Source: Cyanophora paradoxa CCMP329 (lineage: Eukaryota; Plantae; Glaucophyta). From it: 64,000 nt of DNA. The stretch covers positions 62,001 to 126,000 of the forward strand of contig QPMI01000071.1 in assembly GCA_004431415.1 (NCBI GenBank), written 5' to 3'. Within the stretch, counting starts at the first letter, position 1; every line of letters begins with the position of its first letter. A program made the translations under genes and the position numbers. Shown here piece after piece: positions 11,930 through 24,525 of this stretch. The notes below the pieces were generated by a model. The model worked only from the letters and a program-made list of their open reading frames with translations. It made no database searches and had not been told where the DNA came from.

Positions 11930-12891
11930 CCGCAGTGCGTCGCTGACTGTTCCGTACGCAGTTGTTTCACCACTGCGAACAAGGGCATGAGTTGGCTGGT
12001 GCGTTCGGCGGCCTCTAAGAGTCTGTCGATTGCGCTTCTGCCGCTCCTTAAACACCGATTTTCGCGATCGTGATCGATTTTGACGCTAGCGCGGCAGAAC
12101 CCGCCATCGGGGAACAAGGGTCCCACCTGCGACGCCCAGTGGAAGGGCTACTGCTTCGACTCGGCGGACTGCACGGGCGCCGCGAGAGCTAATGGCACCG
12201 ATTCTACCGACGCGTGCGTCCGACGGTCTCTTAATTAGCTCTCCGCACTGCGGCACGGCGGCATGTCTCCGCACTGCGGCATGAATGTCGGACTCGTGTT
12301 ATCACATTATGAAGCTGTAGATCTAGATACAATGCTTTTCGACTGGGATTATTTATAACATCTAGATACGTACGCGTATACCGATCTCCTGACTGCGCAT
12401 ATGCATGCTGCAGGTGCAAGGGTGTCGGGGGCAAGTCCTACCAAGTGATGTACGCAGAGGGCACCTGCACGACCGTGCGCACGCACGCATCTAGATTAAA
12501 TCTAGATCTGCAGCTGGGCCCGTTAAGATTTACGTTGAACAGGTACCGACAATATATATAATATATTGATATTGATACATACACACAGCTTCAGCTGGAC
12601 GCGGAGGCGCAGCAGGTGGAGATGGAGATGGAGCTCGACCTCGACCTCGCCGAGGCGGACGCCGAGGTCTCCGTGCGTCGAAGCTGTAGCTTATATTAAT
12701 TATCATAGTCTAGTTATAAGCCGCCGGGGCCGCCCGCGGCTGCCGCAGTGCCTGCCTCTATGTTTTGCATGCATGTCTCTGATTTCGGCCGACCGCACGC
12801 GTCCCCCCCCCCTCCCCTCCCCCCTCCCCCTTTTCCGCAGCTGCTGGAGGCGGAGGCCGAGTTCGGGGCCGACGCGGCGGAGGCCTTCTAG
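11930..12891 (+). CDS. Putative small Cys-rich protein with acidic C-terminus (3' exons only; start not resolved)
   Basis: Exon-like segments NPPSGNKGPTCDAQWKGYCFDSADCTGA, CKGVGGKSYQVMYAEGTCTT, LQLDAEAQQVEMEMELDLDLAEADAE and LLEAEAEFGADAAEAF*, several with flanking AG/GT sites. Confidence 0.35.
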
Positions 12892-13379
12892 TTCCTTCTC
12901 GAGTTCGAATCGAAGGCGGAAAGTTTTCCCGCAAGCTTTAAGCCAGCTGCGGGGACTCTTTTGTTCCGTCTTTGATTCAATTCGTCTCTGATGTCGTAAG
13001 GCTCCCTAGCCATAGGCAGCCCCGACACTGGGCCGACAGTGCCTGTACATGTGGCCGTTAAATCACAAAAAAGGCTTTTAGATAATGCTTTCGTGCTTTT
13101 AAAAAACAGTTGGACCGGGGATCTAGCCAGCGCCACCTGCTGCGTTCGAGCTAGCTATAGCCAGCGCCACCTGCCAGGCTGCAGCTGGATCCGGGATGCT
13201 CAACGTACGAAGCACCGGTACTCTGCGAAAACACACTGCGGCAATTCGAGGATTAATATCGACTCGAAAATAATATTAATAGGAAGGCAGATCTAGGAAA
13301 TACTCTGTAGACAGATGGAAGGCAGGCAGATGCGGGATTGTAGACAGTTGCAGCCTGCAGCTGCAGCTGGCACGGACCT

Positions 13380-15735
13380 TTTCAGTGCATTTGACTTTGT
13401 TGTCCCGCACATCTGGCTTTGCCCCCATCGCGGTCGCGATCCAGGGCCAGCAAAAGCCCGGGCCGTCGCTGATGATGACGTTATCCTGTACACGTAATTA
13501 AATTGCGATCATGATCATCGAAGGCGAAGTCGAATCGATATCGGCGTCTGAATAATTCAAGATGCCAATTTAAGTGTATAGCACCTCAACTATCCCTTTC
13601 GCATTGTCGAAGAAGAAGAAGCCGTATTTCTTGCAGCCGTGCACGTAATTTCTCCTCAGAACCGGCTCCGTGCTCGCATCCTCCACGTCGAACCCGTGCA
13701 CGTGGCCGCTGGAGACGTCGCAGTTCTCGAAGACGGCGCGGCTCCCGTCCGTGATCAGCACGGCGGAGTTGTCGGGAGACAAGCCGCGGATGGTGACGCC
13801 TTCCACGCGCGGCGAGGCGGGGCCCCTGCAGTGGATCGCCGGCCCCGTGTAGCACACGAGCACCGCCTCCCGCGGCCCGACGACGCGCACGCTCTTGTCC
13901 AGCAGAACATGCCCCGGGTACCTAGCCATTGGAAATGAATTTAAATTGTTCAATAAGAGCATTCCACTCAGTGATATTTTGAGATGGAAAATTGAATTCA
14001 TTCCGCACCGTTTGGGGGCGAGTCGGATAGTTTGGCCAGAAAGAGCGTATCTCACGGCATCCATTATCTGAAGTCCCTCAGGGCTGACTTGAATCTCGAC
14101 AGCAGCAGCCTGTACATGTAATAATGAAATTAATCGTATACCGAAGTACGCAAACCGTCGACCCCGGATCCGAATTGGACATGTACAGGAGCTAGAGTTT
14201 AATTTTTATCGCAGGATCCAGGAGAATTCTTATCTCATCTTATCTTATTCTTAGGAGATAGAATTACAGAACGTCGGACCGAACCTGCTCGTATGCAGCC
14301 GCCAGCAGCGGCCGCCCTCGCAGCATCTCCTCCGCCTCCTTCTGCATCCTCAGCTCCGCCAGTTCGCAATTGCAATCCATTCGCTCTTTCTCCTTTCTCG
14401 AAGCCACGACTGCGATACGCTTCCAGCACCACTCAGCGACCCGCCTCTTGGATTCAGTTTTGCCGGCCTCCGCCTTTTCGGCCCGCGCCCGATCGCGCTT
14501 CAGGTCGGCCCGCGGCCGCGCGGCCTCAGCCGCCTCGGCGCGCGCTCTCTGAGCCTTGCCCTCCCTCTCCGACGCGGCCAGCCGCTCCTGCGCGCCCACA
14601 ATATTCAGATATCGATTCCAATTCAGAGCTTAGCTCAGATTCGCTGCAGATTTATCAAATCGAATCGAAGCCATTCCAGGGACGAGCTTTAATTAAAGGA
14701 GAGAGCTTAAAATTAAATTAAATTCGGAACCAACTTGAACAAGCTGGCGAAATTAAAGACTCAGGCACGCATTTTGAGGGAGCGGCATTCGGGGGGGATT
14801 AAAGACTCAGGCACGCGGTGATCATGATCGATATCATGAGTTTTCTTCATAAAGCTCAATTATAAGATGCTGGCCTTAATTATGAATTAAGCATTAATGC
14901 GTGGCGAAATACGCACTTCGAGGGAGCGGCGCTCTCCCTCGAGGGCGGCCGCCCGGCCCTCGGCGGCGAGCGCGCGCTCCTCGGCGGCGGCGGCCTGTTC
15001 TCTCTTCAAGTGATTATAAATTAAAGAGAAATTGTAAATGCGACCCACCGCTTTGGCGGCCTCCGCAGCGGACCTGTCGTTCTGCAGCGAATTTAATTGA
15101 AGCTCGCGATCGTAATTACAACTAGATTGAATTGAAATAGTTGAATCGCCTTCTCCGTGGCGGAGCGAAAGCCGTGTTCTCAGCCTATTTAAAGCTTGAA
15201 GTCTCACCGCCTCGGCCTTTTCCATGGCGGCGACGAGCTTTCGCTGCGCCTCCGCTTCGCGCTCAACAGCTTCGAGGCGGTCCTAGTGAAATCAAATGTC
15301 AGAGCAGTCAAATCGATGAACTTCGGGAAAGAAGAATGGATCGAGCGCACAGCGAGGGCACAACCCTCGCCTTCTTTGGCGGCGGCCGCCTGCATGGATT
15401 CGAATATGTATTAATATTTAATGCGGATTGAATTCGAGCTCGCCGCATTTCCAGAACAACGAACCGCTTTCGCCGCCTCCTCGGCGGATCTCTCGGCCTG
15501 CACATCGCGCGCGTGCAAGGTGATCAGTGCACGTGATTATAAATTAGAGCCTCGAGCGCCAGCGCACCGCCTTGATCTTCTCCGCGGCTGCGGCGACGAG
15601 CTCCGAGGCGATGGCCTCCCGGGCCGCGATCGCGAGCCGCATCGCCTCGCTGAATGCGAGGTCGAAGGCGGCGGGTGCGCCGTCGGTCTCGAAGCTTGAA
15701 CCGTCCAGGGCGAGCGACAGCTGCAGAGTCGGCAA
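13380..15735 (-). CDS. Coiled-coil protein with C-terminal right-handed parallel beta-helix (PbH1/CASH-like) repeats; both ends uncertain
   Basis: Ala/Glu/Arg heptad-rich exons (14264-15735), then AVRYALSGQTIRLAP..YPGHVLLDKSVRVVG..VEGVTIRG..AVFENCDVS..PVLRRNYVHGCKKYGFFFFDNAKGIVE|DNVI. Confidence 0.6.
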
Positions 15736-16450
15736 CGGGTCATGATCCGATGATCATGATCAAGCGGACCGGCGCGCGGCGGTTGCGAGGACCGCACCGC
15801 GGCCGGCCGCGGATCCTCCGGGCCCGCTGGCCATGGGCCCGCGCACGTGGGATGCATATGCATGATCGCACCTGCGATCTCGCCGAGATAAGATCCAGAT
15901 CGCGCCGCGGCCGAATCGGGCGGTTAAGATTTGCGGTTAGGAATTGCAATTGCGGTTAGAGGAATTCGGACGTTTCCGAGGCGGGCGCCGGCGCCTTCAT
16001 AGATCTTGAGGCTCGAGCACATAGAGTGCGATCTCTTAAGCTTCCATTTAGAGCGCCGCGGCGCCGGCACCGTGGCATGGCTCAGCTAGCTGGGTCCCAG
16101 CTGCAGATAAGCTAGACCTGGCGTCTAGGAACGACGTCGACGTCGCAGCGCACCGGCCGCGGGCGGTTCGAAGTCGGCGGCGAGCACAGCCGCGTCGGCG
16201 GGCCGAACGAGCACCATGATCTCCGTATATATCCGGGTACAGACTCGAGGCGGCTCGGGGTACTACGGTTTATACGCCCGCCGGCGCCCCGGCCCCTTTA
16301 AAAAAAATCGTATCCGAATTTAATTTGCGGTTATGCAACGTTAACCGCGGATTCTGGAGCCGGAACGTTAACTCCCCGCGGCCGAGTCGAGTCTAAGCCG
16401 CCTCGAGCTCGGCCGACCGCGAGCCAACGCACTCCTCCCAGCCTTGCAAG

Positions 16451-18462
16451 TTGAGCTTCCTTCCGAAGTTCCTTTGTCAGTGCTCCATTGCCGGCCCGGC
16501 GGTGCTTTGCAGCTGCAGTAGCGCCAGCTACGGTACAGCGCGCATATGCATAGGCCTCGACCAGACCGCTGGACCGTCGGACGAGCTCCTTGGCCCGCTG
16601 GCCCCGCCTCTACCTCCTCCCTCCTTACAACTTGCTGTCACGGGGCCTCTTCACTTGCCTGTTCCCCGGCAGGTCCCTGGTCATCTTGCAGCTCCGTACC
16701 CCTTCTTACCTCTTCCCCTTGCTCCTCCACTTCCGCCCCCGCGTGGCCCTCTTTCTGACGTCCTCCTGGTTCAGCCCCCTCTTCAGCCCATCCTTCTTGC
16801 CCCCGCTTCTGCAACTGTGACGCCGGGCGGCACTATCTTTTTGCATGCCCCTCCCGCCACTACGTCCCCGGTCTCTTTGCGTCTGCATCCACTTTCCCGG
16901 GTCCGCTTGCAGGCCCCCTCGCCTCCAGAGCTCGCCATCACTTCGGCCTCCCTCGCCTCCGCTCTCGATTCTCCATACCCTTCGAATAGCCGCCTTCTCT
17001 CTCCTCCTCCGCCCTCCCTCCCCCCCTCGAGCTCCGGGTCCTCGGCCTCTGCTCCGCTTCCGAGTGTTGGCGAGACTGTCCTCTTTTCGGTCTCCCCGTC
17101 ATTCCGGCTCCCTGCTCCCCCTTCGGCGCCTCGGGTCCCATCTGCGGGTCCTCTCCCGCTTCCTGGCGCTCGTGAGATTCGCCGCCGGCGCCCTCGTCAG
17201 GCCCTTGCGCACTCGAGCTCGTCTCTCTCTGCGCCGCCCATGACCCCCGTGTCATCTGATCCGGCGCCACCTGACCTTTCTCCTGCTTCGCTGCCCTCTC
17301 TTCGGCGCCGGCAGCGATCCCCGTCACCTGTTCGCGGCCCTTCCCCTGCCTCCGGATCCGACCCTTCCTCGGCTCCCTCCTCGCCTCTTCCGTCTCGTAG
17401 GCCTCCGCCGCGTTCCCGTCGGCGGATCTCTCGATCGACCCTGGACTCTCCGCCTGCCACTGTCTGCGGGTTACCTCCGCCACCGTGTTCGGCGCCGGCT
17501 GTCAGTACTTTGCTCGGTAGCTCCCCCGTCGTGGCTCCTCGGGGGCCTCTTCGTCGTCGTCGTTCGCTGGGTTCCGGCTCCGGGTCAGATTTCTCGCCGG
17601 GCTTACCTTCTAGATCTCCTGGCTCTGCTCCTGGGCCCTCAGCTCCGGGACCGGCTTCCCCGATCTCCTCCCGGACTCGTGGTCGTACCCGTCGCCGGCT
17701 TGCCGTGCCTGCGTCTCCTTCTACTTCCCTCCGGCGGTTTGCCGGGCCGGACCCTCCGGCCTTTGTTCTTGATACCGGACCGCCGCCTTTGCCTTCGTCT
17801 TCTGCTTCGCTGGTCGTATCCCGCCGGCGCCGGCGTACTTCGTCTTATAGTTTAGTTCGGTCTAGTTCGGATTCTGATCGTAGTGTTGATGCTAGAGTTA
17901 GTTTCAATACTAGCTATAGTCCTCGTGCTCGACCTGTTGTTCGCCGTCGTTTGCAGTTCGACTGCCCGCCTCGACCCCGGCCGGCTTTAGTGATTCCTTT
18001 GACTGTCCTTTTGCCTGCTCTTGATCCGCCTGCTCCGCCTCCTGTGTCCTCCTCGACCTCGTGCCGTAGCTCTGCCCTTTCGCGTCGTCCTGCTTCGCCT
18101 CCGCCTCCGCGTCGTCTTGTTGTTCCTCTTACTTGTCTGCTTCCTGTTATTTATCTTTCTCAAATTTGTCCTCCGCTTCTTAGTGATGTAATTCCTTCCG
18201 ATATTGATGGTATCTCTAGCTCTGGCTCTTCTTCGTGTCAGTCATCCTCTGTCCCTAGATCTGCTCGATTTCTCGTCTCTTCTCGATCTGTCTCGAGCTC
18301 CGTGTCTTTTCTTTTTTATTGTCGATTTTGGCTCTTTGTCTTATCTTTCTTCGTGCTCTTGTCTTAGTTATTTTGCTTTTTTGTCTTTATGCCCCCTGGG
18401 CAGCCCCCGCAGTGCTGGTGTCTAGAGACTGTGGCCGGTAATTTACCAAAAAAAAAAAAAAA
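16451..18462 (+). mobile_element. Probable retroposed / non-LTR element segment: intronless 638-aa Ser/Pro/Arg-rich ORF followed by a poly(A) tail
   Basis: Strong C/T strand skew, no introns (unlike host genes), A15 at 18448-18462. No RT motif or TSD found. Confidence 0.4.
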
Positions 18463-18627
18463 GGACGCGAGAGACCAGTATTAATATTGATATTGAGCGC
18501 GCGGCTTCGGATTCGAGGCTCATATGAGTCGCCTCGCCGCTGGAATGCAAGCGCGTTCTACGCGAGTCGACGGGCAGGGTCATATGAGTCACCGCCCCGC
18601 CAACCAGCGCTAGCCTAGAGGTAGAAG

Positions 18628-21047
18628 CTACGCCGCGGCCTGGTCCGCCGCCGCGCCCGCCGGTCTCCGGGCCGCCAGGGGGTACCGGTCCAAGATCCCG
18701 CCCCCGAGCACGTACTCCCCATCGTAGAAGACCGCCGCCTGGCCCGGAGCCACGCCGAACTGCGGTGGGGGTGTACAGTCAAGATCCGGCGGGGGGGGGG
18801 GGGGTACGGTTGAGCCGGCGCGGCCTCACCTGAGGGTCGTCGAACACAATGCGGGCGGCGTCGGGGCGCTCGGGGACGGGGTACACGGTGCAGGGCACGG
18901 GGGGGGACCGGTAGCGCAGCTGGACCTCGGCGCGCAGCGGGCCCGTCTGCGCACGGGAAGGGGGGTACCGCATCTCAATCTCGAAGCTTCTTTCTGGCGG
19001 GCTGGCGGGGGAGGGGTACGCACGATGGGGGCGACGGAGACCCAGTTGGCGCGCGAGATGGTGGCCTCTGGCAGCAGCGCTGTACTCTTCTCCTTGCAGA
19101 CGACGACCTGCGCGCGGATACTGTACCCGGGCGGGGGAGGGGGAGAAAGGAGGGAGGGGTACCTGGTTCTTCTCGGCGTCGACGCCGACGACGTAGAGGG
19201 GCCGGTCCGCCGCTACCCCCAGCCTGGGTACCGGGCTCAGCCACGGGGGTACGGCTTCTGAGGGACGTGTACCCCTTTCGCTGCCCGACGGTGAAGTGAT
19301 GGATCCCGTAGTGCGTACCCAGGACCTTCCCGTCCTGCTCGCGGGTACCCGTGTGAATTTCGGTACCCACGCAGCGACCCCGGGGGGTACGGCACCTGGT
19401 CGACGATCTCGCCGGGCTTCTCGGCGATGTACTTGTCCAGGAATGCCCGCATGCTCCTGGGGGGTACGCGTCAGATCTTGGCGGCCGGAGGGGGGTAGTG
19501 GAGCGCGGAGAAGGGGGGGTACCCGTGGGCCTCCGCGAGGCACAGGTCCTGGCTCTCGGGCTTCTTTGCGGTAGCCAGGCCCATATCCGACGCCTTCTCG
19601 CGCGTCACGACCTAAAATAAGGTTAGCAGGGTTACGGCAATGGGGGCGGGGTACGGGGTTGCCTTCGTGGTCTCCGCGAGGGGGAAGATGACGCGCCGGA
19701 GCTGCTCCTGGCCCAGGTCGTACAGGAAATACGTCTGGGGGGCACGCGGTGAGACCGGAAGGGGGGTACGGGGAAGGGATCGAGATGGAGGGTACCTGGT
19801 CCTTGGTGCGGTCGGCGGCGCGGCGGAGCTTGTAGCGGCCCGTACCCTCGTCCCGCTCGACTCGCGCGTAGTGGCCAGTCGCCACCTTATCGATGCCAGC
19901 CTCTGAAAGGAAGCATGAGGGCGAGGGGGTACTGAAATTCCGAGGCGCGAAGGGTACGTACCGTCCGCGAAGTCCATGAGCCCGCGGAACTTGACGGTCT
20001 TGTTGCACTGAGAGGGGGTACGGAATGAGAGGGAGCGGAGGCAGGGGTACTGCGGGGGAGGGGTACGGCGCGCCTGGGAGCACGGGAGGGGCGTGATGCC
20101 GGCCTCGAACCCGCTCACGACGTAGTTTATGACCTTTCGGAGCAGCCGTCAGTGGGGTACGACGAAGCGTAGCCCCCGGTAGGGGGTACGGGGCGCACGT
20201 TCTGCTCGAACTCGTCGCGCGTGTCGACGACGTAGTGCTCCACTCCGAGCTGCGGGGCGCGCGGTGGGCGCGCAAAGACTGGGCCGGGTAGGGGAGAGGA
20301 AGGAAGAAGGGGTACGGCACCTGATCGCAGACGCGCCCCGCGTCGAACATGCCTCCGGAGCAGCACGAACCCTCGCCCTGCGCGGCGGCGGCGCTCGGGA
20401 GGCGGCGGCGGAAGAGGGCGCGCGGCGGGGCGGGTAGGGGCGCACCTTCATGTGCCAGAGCGTCACGCCGACGACCTCGTACCCCTCCTTGAGCAGAATG
20501 CCGGCGACCGCCGACGAATCCACGCCGCCCGACATGCCCACCACGACCTTTCCCTGCGCTCTGGTGAGGAACGGGCCCGGGAAGCCGCAGCTAAGGAATC
20601 TCGGGCCTTTGGCGCCGAGGACTCCGCAGAGGGGAACTCGTTCATGCGGGAAGAGCTCGGAACGAGCGTGCAGGCCTCGGGGGCGGCCGCCTCGCCGCTG
20701 CTCGCTTCCGCTCGAATTTGGAGGCCCCGCGCTGCAGCGGGCGTGCTGTGAGACGCCCGCCGCTGCAGATGCGCATGCTGCCCCACGAAGTCCGATCGCA
20801 GCGAGCTGCGCGCTGCCGCTGCCGCTCCCACGAAGCGCGGCTGCCGCCGGTCGCTCTCGATGCGCGGCAGGGCGTGGCAGGACCGGGGAAGCGGGGCCGC
20901 CCCGCTGATGGTCGCGTACGAGGCTGAAGATGAGCAGGCGGCTGCCGCAGCGACCGGAGCGGCGCCGCCGGGGAGCGCCGTCCGAATTATAGAGAGCAGC
21001 GCGAACGCCGGGGTGGGCTCAGCCGCGTGGCCTGCTCTCGACGCCAT
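18628..21047 (-). CDS. mnmA: tRNA-specific 2-thiouridylase MnmA/TRMU with long N-terminal organellar targeting extension, multi-exon
   Basis: [54 protein letters not shown]|[42 protein letters not shown]. Confidence 0.93.
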
Positions 21048-21318
21048 TGCGAGCAGCGCGTTGAGGCGGGCGGCAGCCACCGTGGAGAACAAGCGGCCCA
21101 GAATCGGGCCGGATCCGTGTAGCCGTCCCCGACTCGCTCCCCCCAAGCCGACTCGCCGCTAGAATGAAAGCGACGACGGGCAGCAAACGCTAGCGGACAG
21201 CAGTGACGTGCTGCATGCTGACGTGCTGCGCACCAGCTGCAGGTGCGGGAGGCCAGCGCACGAATCCCGCTGACGCCCGCTGACGCGAGGGCCGCAGACC
21301 TGCCGGGAGCGGCGAGCG

Positions 21319-23525
21319 ATGTCGGATACCGCGGCGAGCTCCTCGACGGGAGAGCGTGCGGCGAAGCGGGTCCGCGTCGATGAACCGGCTGCCGCCGCCT
21401 CCGCGTCAACGTCAACGCAAGCGGCGGGCCCATTCGATGCGCTTCCAGATGCTTTGATGAGCGACGTGTTCAGGGCGCTCGGGCTTCGGGCGAGCTGGCC
21501 CCTGCGCGGCGTGTGCAGGTGCGTGTTGCCTAGTGTTCAAATTCTGCTGCTCACGCTGCGGCTGCGCTTCATAGCTAACGTGGCGGCGGATCGCAGGCGT
21601 TGGCTGCGCGTGGTTGAGGAGACGGAATGGACGGACGTAGAGCTGCAAATAAAGCTGGCGACGGACATGTACAAGACGGCGCCCGGGCGGCGGCGAGTCG
21701 CACCAGCCGAGCAGCGCGACGAGTCCCTGTACGACGCCGTATCGGCGCTCTTCGAGCAGCGGAAGCTGCGGCTCGGCGCGGGCGCCAGCGTCTCGCTCAG
21801 CCCGGAGCTCGTTTACCTCAGCAAGAAGAAGAACATTCACACCGCGAAGCAGAGCGAGCAGCGCATCCTGGCGGCGGCTTGTCGTCTCCTCACAGCCATC
21901 GCCGGCAGCCACGGCGGCCCTCAGCGTTCGTGGGGCCTGTCCTTCGCGCTTCGCGGGGGCGAGCCGGGGCAGCCGCGCATCAGAAGCGACCGAGACCACG
22001 TCTGCGCCTACCTGTGCGGCGTGCTGCGGGCGCTGGCGCCGCCGGAGGGGGCGACCAGCGCTCTGGAGAGCCTCAGCGTCAGCCTCCTCGGAGTTCGCCC
22101 GACGGAGACCGAGTGGGCCCCGTGGCCCCCTGCCGCGGCCGACGAGCTGCGGGCGGCGCTCGCCCCCTTCCGCCAGCTCCGCTCTCTTGAACTCGCCTTC
22201 AACGCGACCGACGCCGGCATCGGCCCGGAGGCGGCGGCCGCCGTCGCAGCCTCCTGCCCGCTCCTCCGCTCCCTCTGTTTCTTCCCGTGCGGAGAGGCCG
22301 CGGGCGAAGCGCTGGCGGCCCTGGCGCCGCTCGCGCGCCTCGAGGAGCTCGTCGCCCTGTTCACGGGCCGAAGCCCCGTCTCCGACAGCGTCCTGGCGCT
22401 CGGCGACGGCCCCGCCGGCCAGAGCCTTCGCCGCGTCGAGTTCGTCGAAGCGAAGCCCAACCGGTGAGCGTCGTCGTTCTGTCTCTGCGGCCTCCTGATC
22501 ACGGTCCTGAACGGTCCTGACGCATTCCCCGTGCAGGGAGCCCCAGCTGCGGTACCCGAGCTCTCTCGCGTTCGGCTCCGTCTCCAGCGCCGTCCTCCAC
22601 GCGCTCGGGCGCATGCCGAAGCTCGAGTCCATCGAGGAGATGCAGGCGCGTGGCCGAAGCTCAGGCCGCGCTCAGCGGCTCAGCGGCTCCGCCTTCGGCT
22701 CGGATCAGCTGATCTGAGCCCTCGCAGCTAAGCACGGGGCGCGTGACGGCGGAGTCCGTGCGGGCCCTCGGCCGCGCCGCGAGCCTGCGGCGCATCGACC
22801 TCGAGATCGAAGACTACGAAGAGAGCGCGGGGGTACGAGTGCTCCCGGCCTTGGGAGAGGCCCTCTCCGGCCTCCCCCGCCTCGAGCGGCTCAACCTGGT
22901 GCTGAAAGGTGTGTGTGTGAGAGAGAGCCAAGACCCCATCGAGCCTCATCAAGCCAGCGCCGGCGCTCGTCCGACTCATCTGCAATCGCGCAGGCGACAG
23001 GACGCCCCCCGAGGGCGTCCTGGCCCTCCTCGCCAGCGACTGCGCGCGGCGCGCCCTCACGGGCCTCCACCTCAGCGTACTCCGGCCGCTGGCGGAGGCG
23101 GAGGCGGAGGCGATCCTCGCCCTGCCGGCCCTGAGGCGCCTCCGCGTCGCCTGCGATCTCGCCCGCGTCGACCCCCTCGACCCGTACCACGTGCCCTCCA
23201 TCCGCCCCCGCCCCGCCCACCCCGCCCGCCCCGCCCGCCCGCCGGCCCCGGGCTCACAGGCGCCATTCGTCCCCCGGCCGCCCGCCAGGTACTCGCCGGC
23301 ATCCGGCCCCAAGTCGAGCTGGACTTCGACCGTGACCGTTTCGAGGACTCCGACGCGCGGCACTCCATGAGGAAGCTCTTCGGGGCGCGCCTCGAGAAGT
23401 CGTGGGGCGACGGCTGCGACTCCGAGCCCGAATCGGACGGGGACGGCTTTGGGACGAGCCGGGGCTACCAGGACCAGGACGAGGGGGGGGAGGACGAGGG
23501 GGGGGGGGAGGAGGAGGAGGGGTGA
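21319..23525 (+). CDS. F-box/LRR protein, paralog 1
   Basis: F-box-like ALPDALMSDVFRALGLRASWPLRGVCR|RWLRVV; RNI-like LRRs (LESLSV, LRSLEL, CPLLRSL, LARLEEL, LPRLERLNL); acidic tail. Confidence 0.8.
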
Positions 23526-24525
23526 CCCTTCGCCGGCTCCCCCCCTCTCTCTCCCCTACGTACCCCTCCTTCGCCCTTTTCCCGTGCCCCCACCCCCCGC
23601 CCCGCCCCCTCCCCTCCTCCTGCTCCGCTCCGCTCCCCCTCCGTCCTCTCCGCCCTTCCCTGTACCCCCCGGCCCGCCCCTTCCACCCTCCACGAAGGCT
23701 GCCCTTCTCCCCACTCCCTGTCCCCTTTCCATTACTTCCCCCCCCCCCCCCCCCCCCGGCCCGCGGGGTCCCTCGTCCCGCGGCGCTCCGCTTCCTCTCC
23801 CCGCGGCGCTCCGGTGGCGCCGGAGCCCCCCGCCCCTCCCCGACCCGCCCCCGCCCCACTTGCTCCCCACCTTCGCCCGCCGCGCCCCTCGCTTCCTCTA
23901 CCCCCTACCCTACCCCCTACCCCGTCTCCCCCCTGTGGCCGCTCGGTCCCTCCGGTCCCTTCCCCTCTGCCTTCGCCCGGCGCCGCGCCCCCGCCGCGGA
24001 CACGTACCCCCCCACTCGCTCGCCCCAGTCCTCAGCCGTCCATCCCCCTCCCCGTACCCGCGGTGCAGGTCGCCCATCCCTGTACCCGCTCCTCCTCCTC
24101 CTCCTCCACTGCTGCTCCGGCGCGCTCCGATCCGACGGCGCCTCCGGATCGGCTTCCGTCCTCTTCGCCACCAGTACTGGCCGCCCGGCCCCCCTTTGAA
24201 CCGTGGCCTTAGTATAGCCTTAATTTCAAACTCTACTCTCGGCAGCGGGGCCCGGCGGCGGGCTCGTGCGAAGGAATAGCTATAGGCGCTGCCTCTTCTC
24301 GACGGGGGAGGAAGGGGATGAAGGGGCTGCGGGGGCTGCGGGGGCGAGGCTGGGGAGGGGAGCACGGCGCCCGCGTCTAGGCCGGCGCCCAACGCGAAAT
24401 TGAGGCGGCTCGAGCGCCGCGCTTGCGTGCGAAAACGTGTCTTTTTTTTTTCCGATATGAATATACTGCCGGCCGTACACTCTAGTTGACTACAATTGGA
24501 TGCCTGTATACGATCAGGGGGCTGC

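Noticed and set aside
18779-20350. 523-aa ORF as a stand-alone protein
   Set aside because: It is read-through of mnmA exons and stop-free introns in mixed frames.
21412-22632. Long antisense ORFs over F-box exons (also 39101-40060 and 49538-50554)
   Set aside because: Shadow ORFs caused by GC-rich codon usage on the opposite strand.
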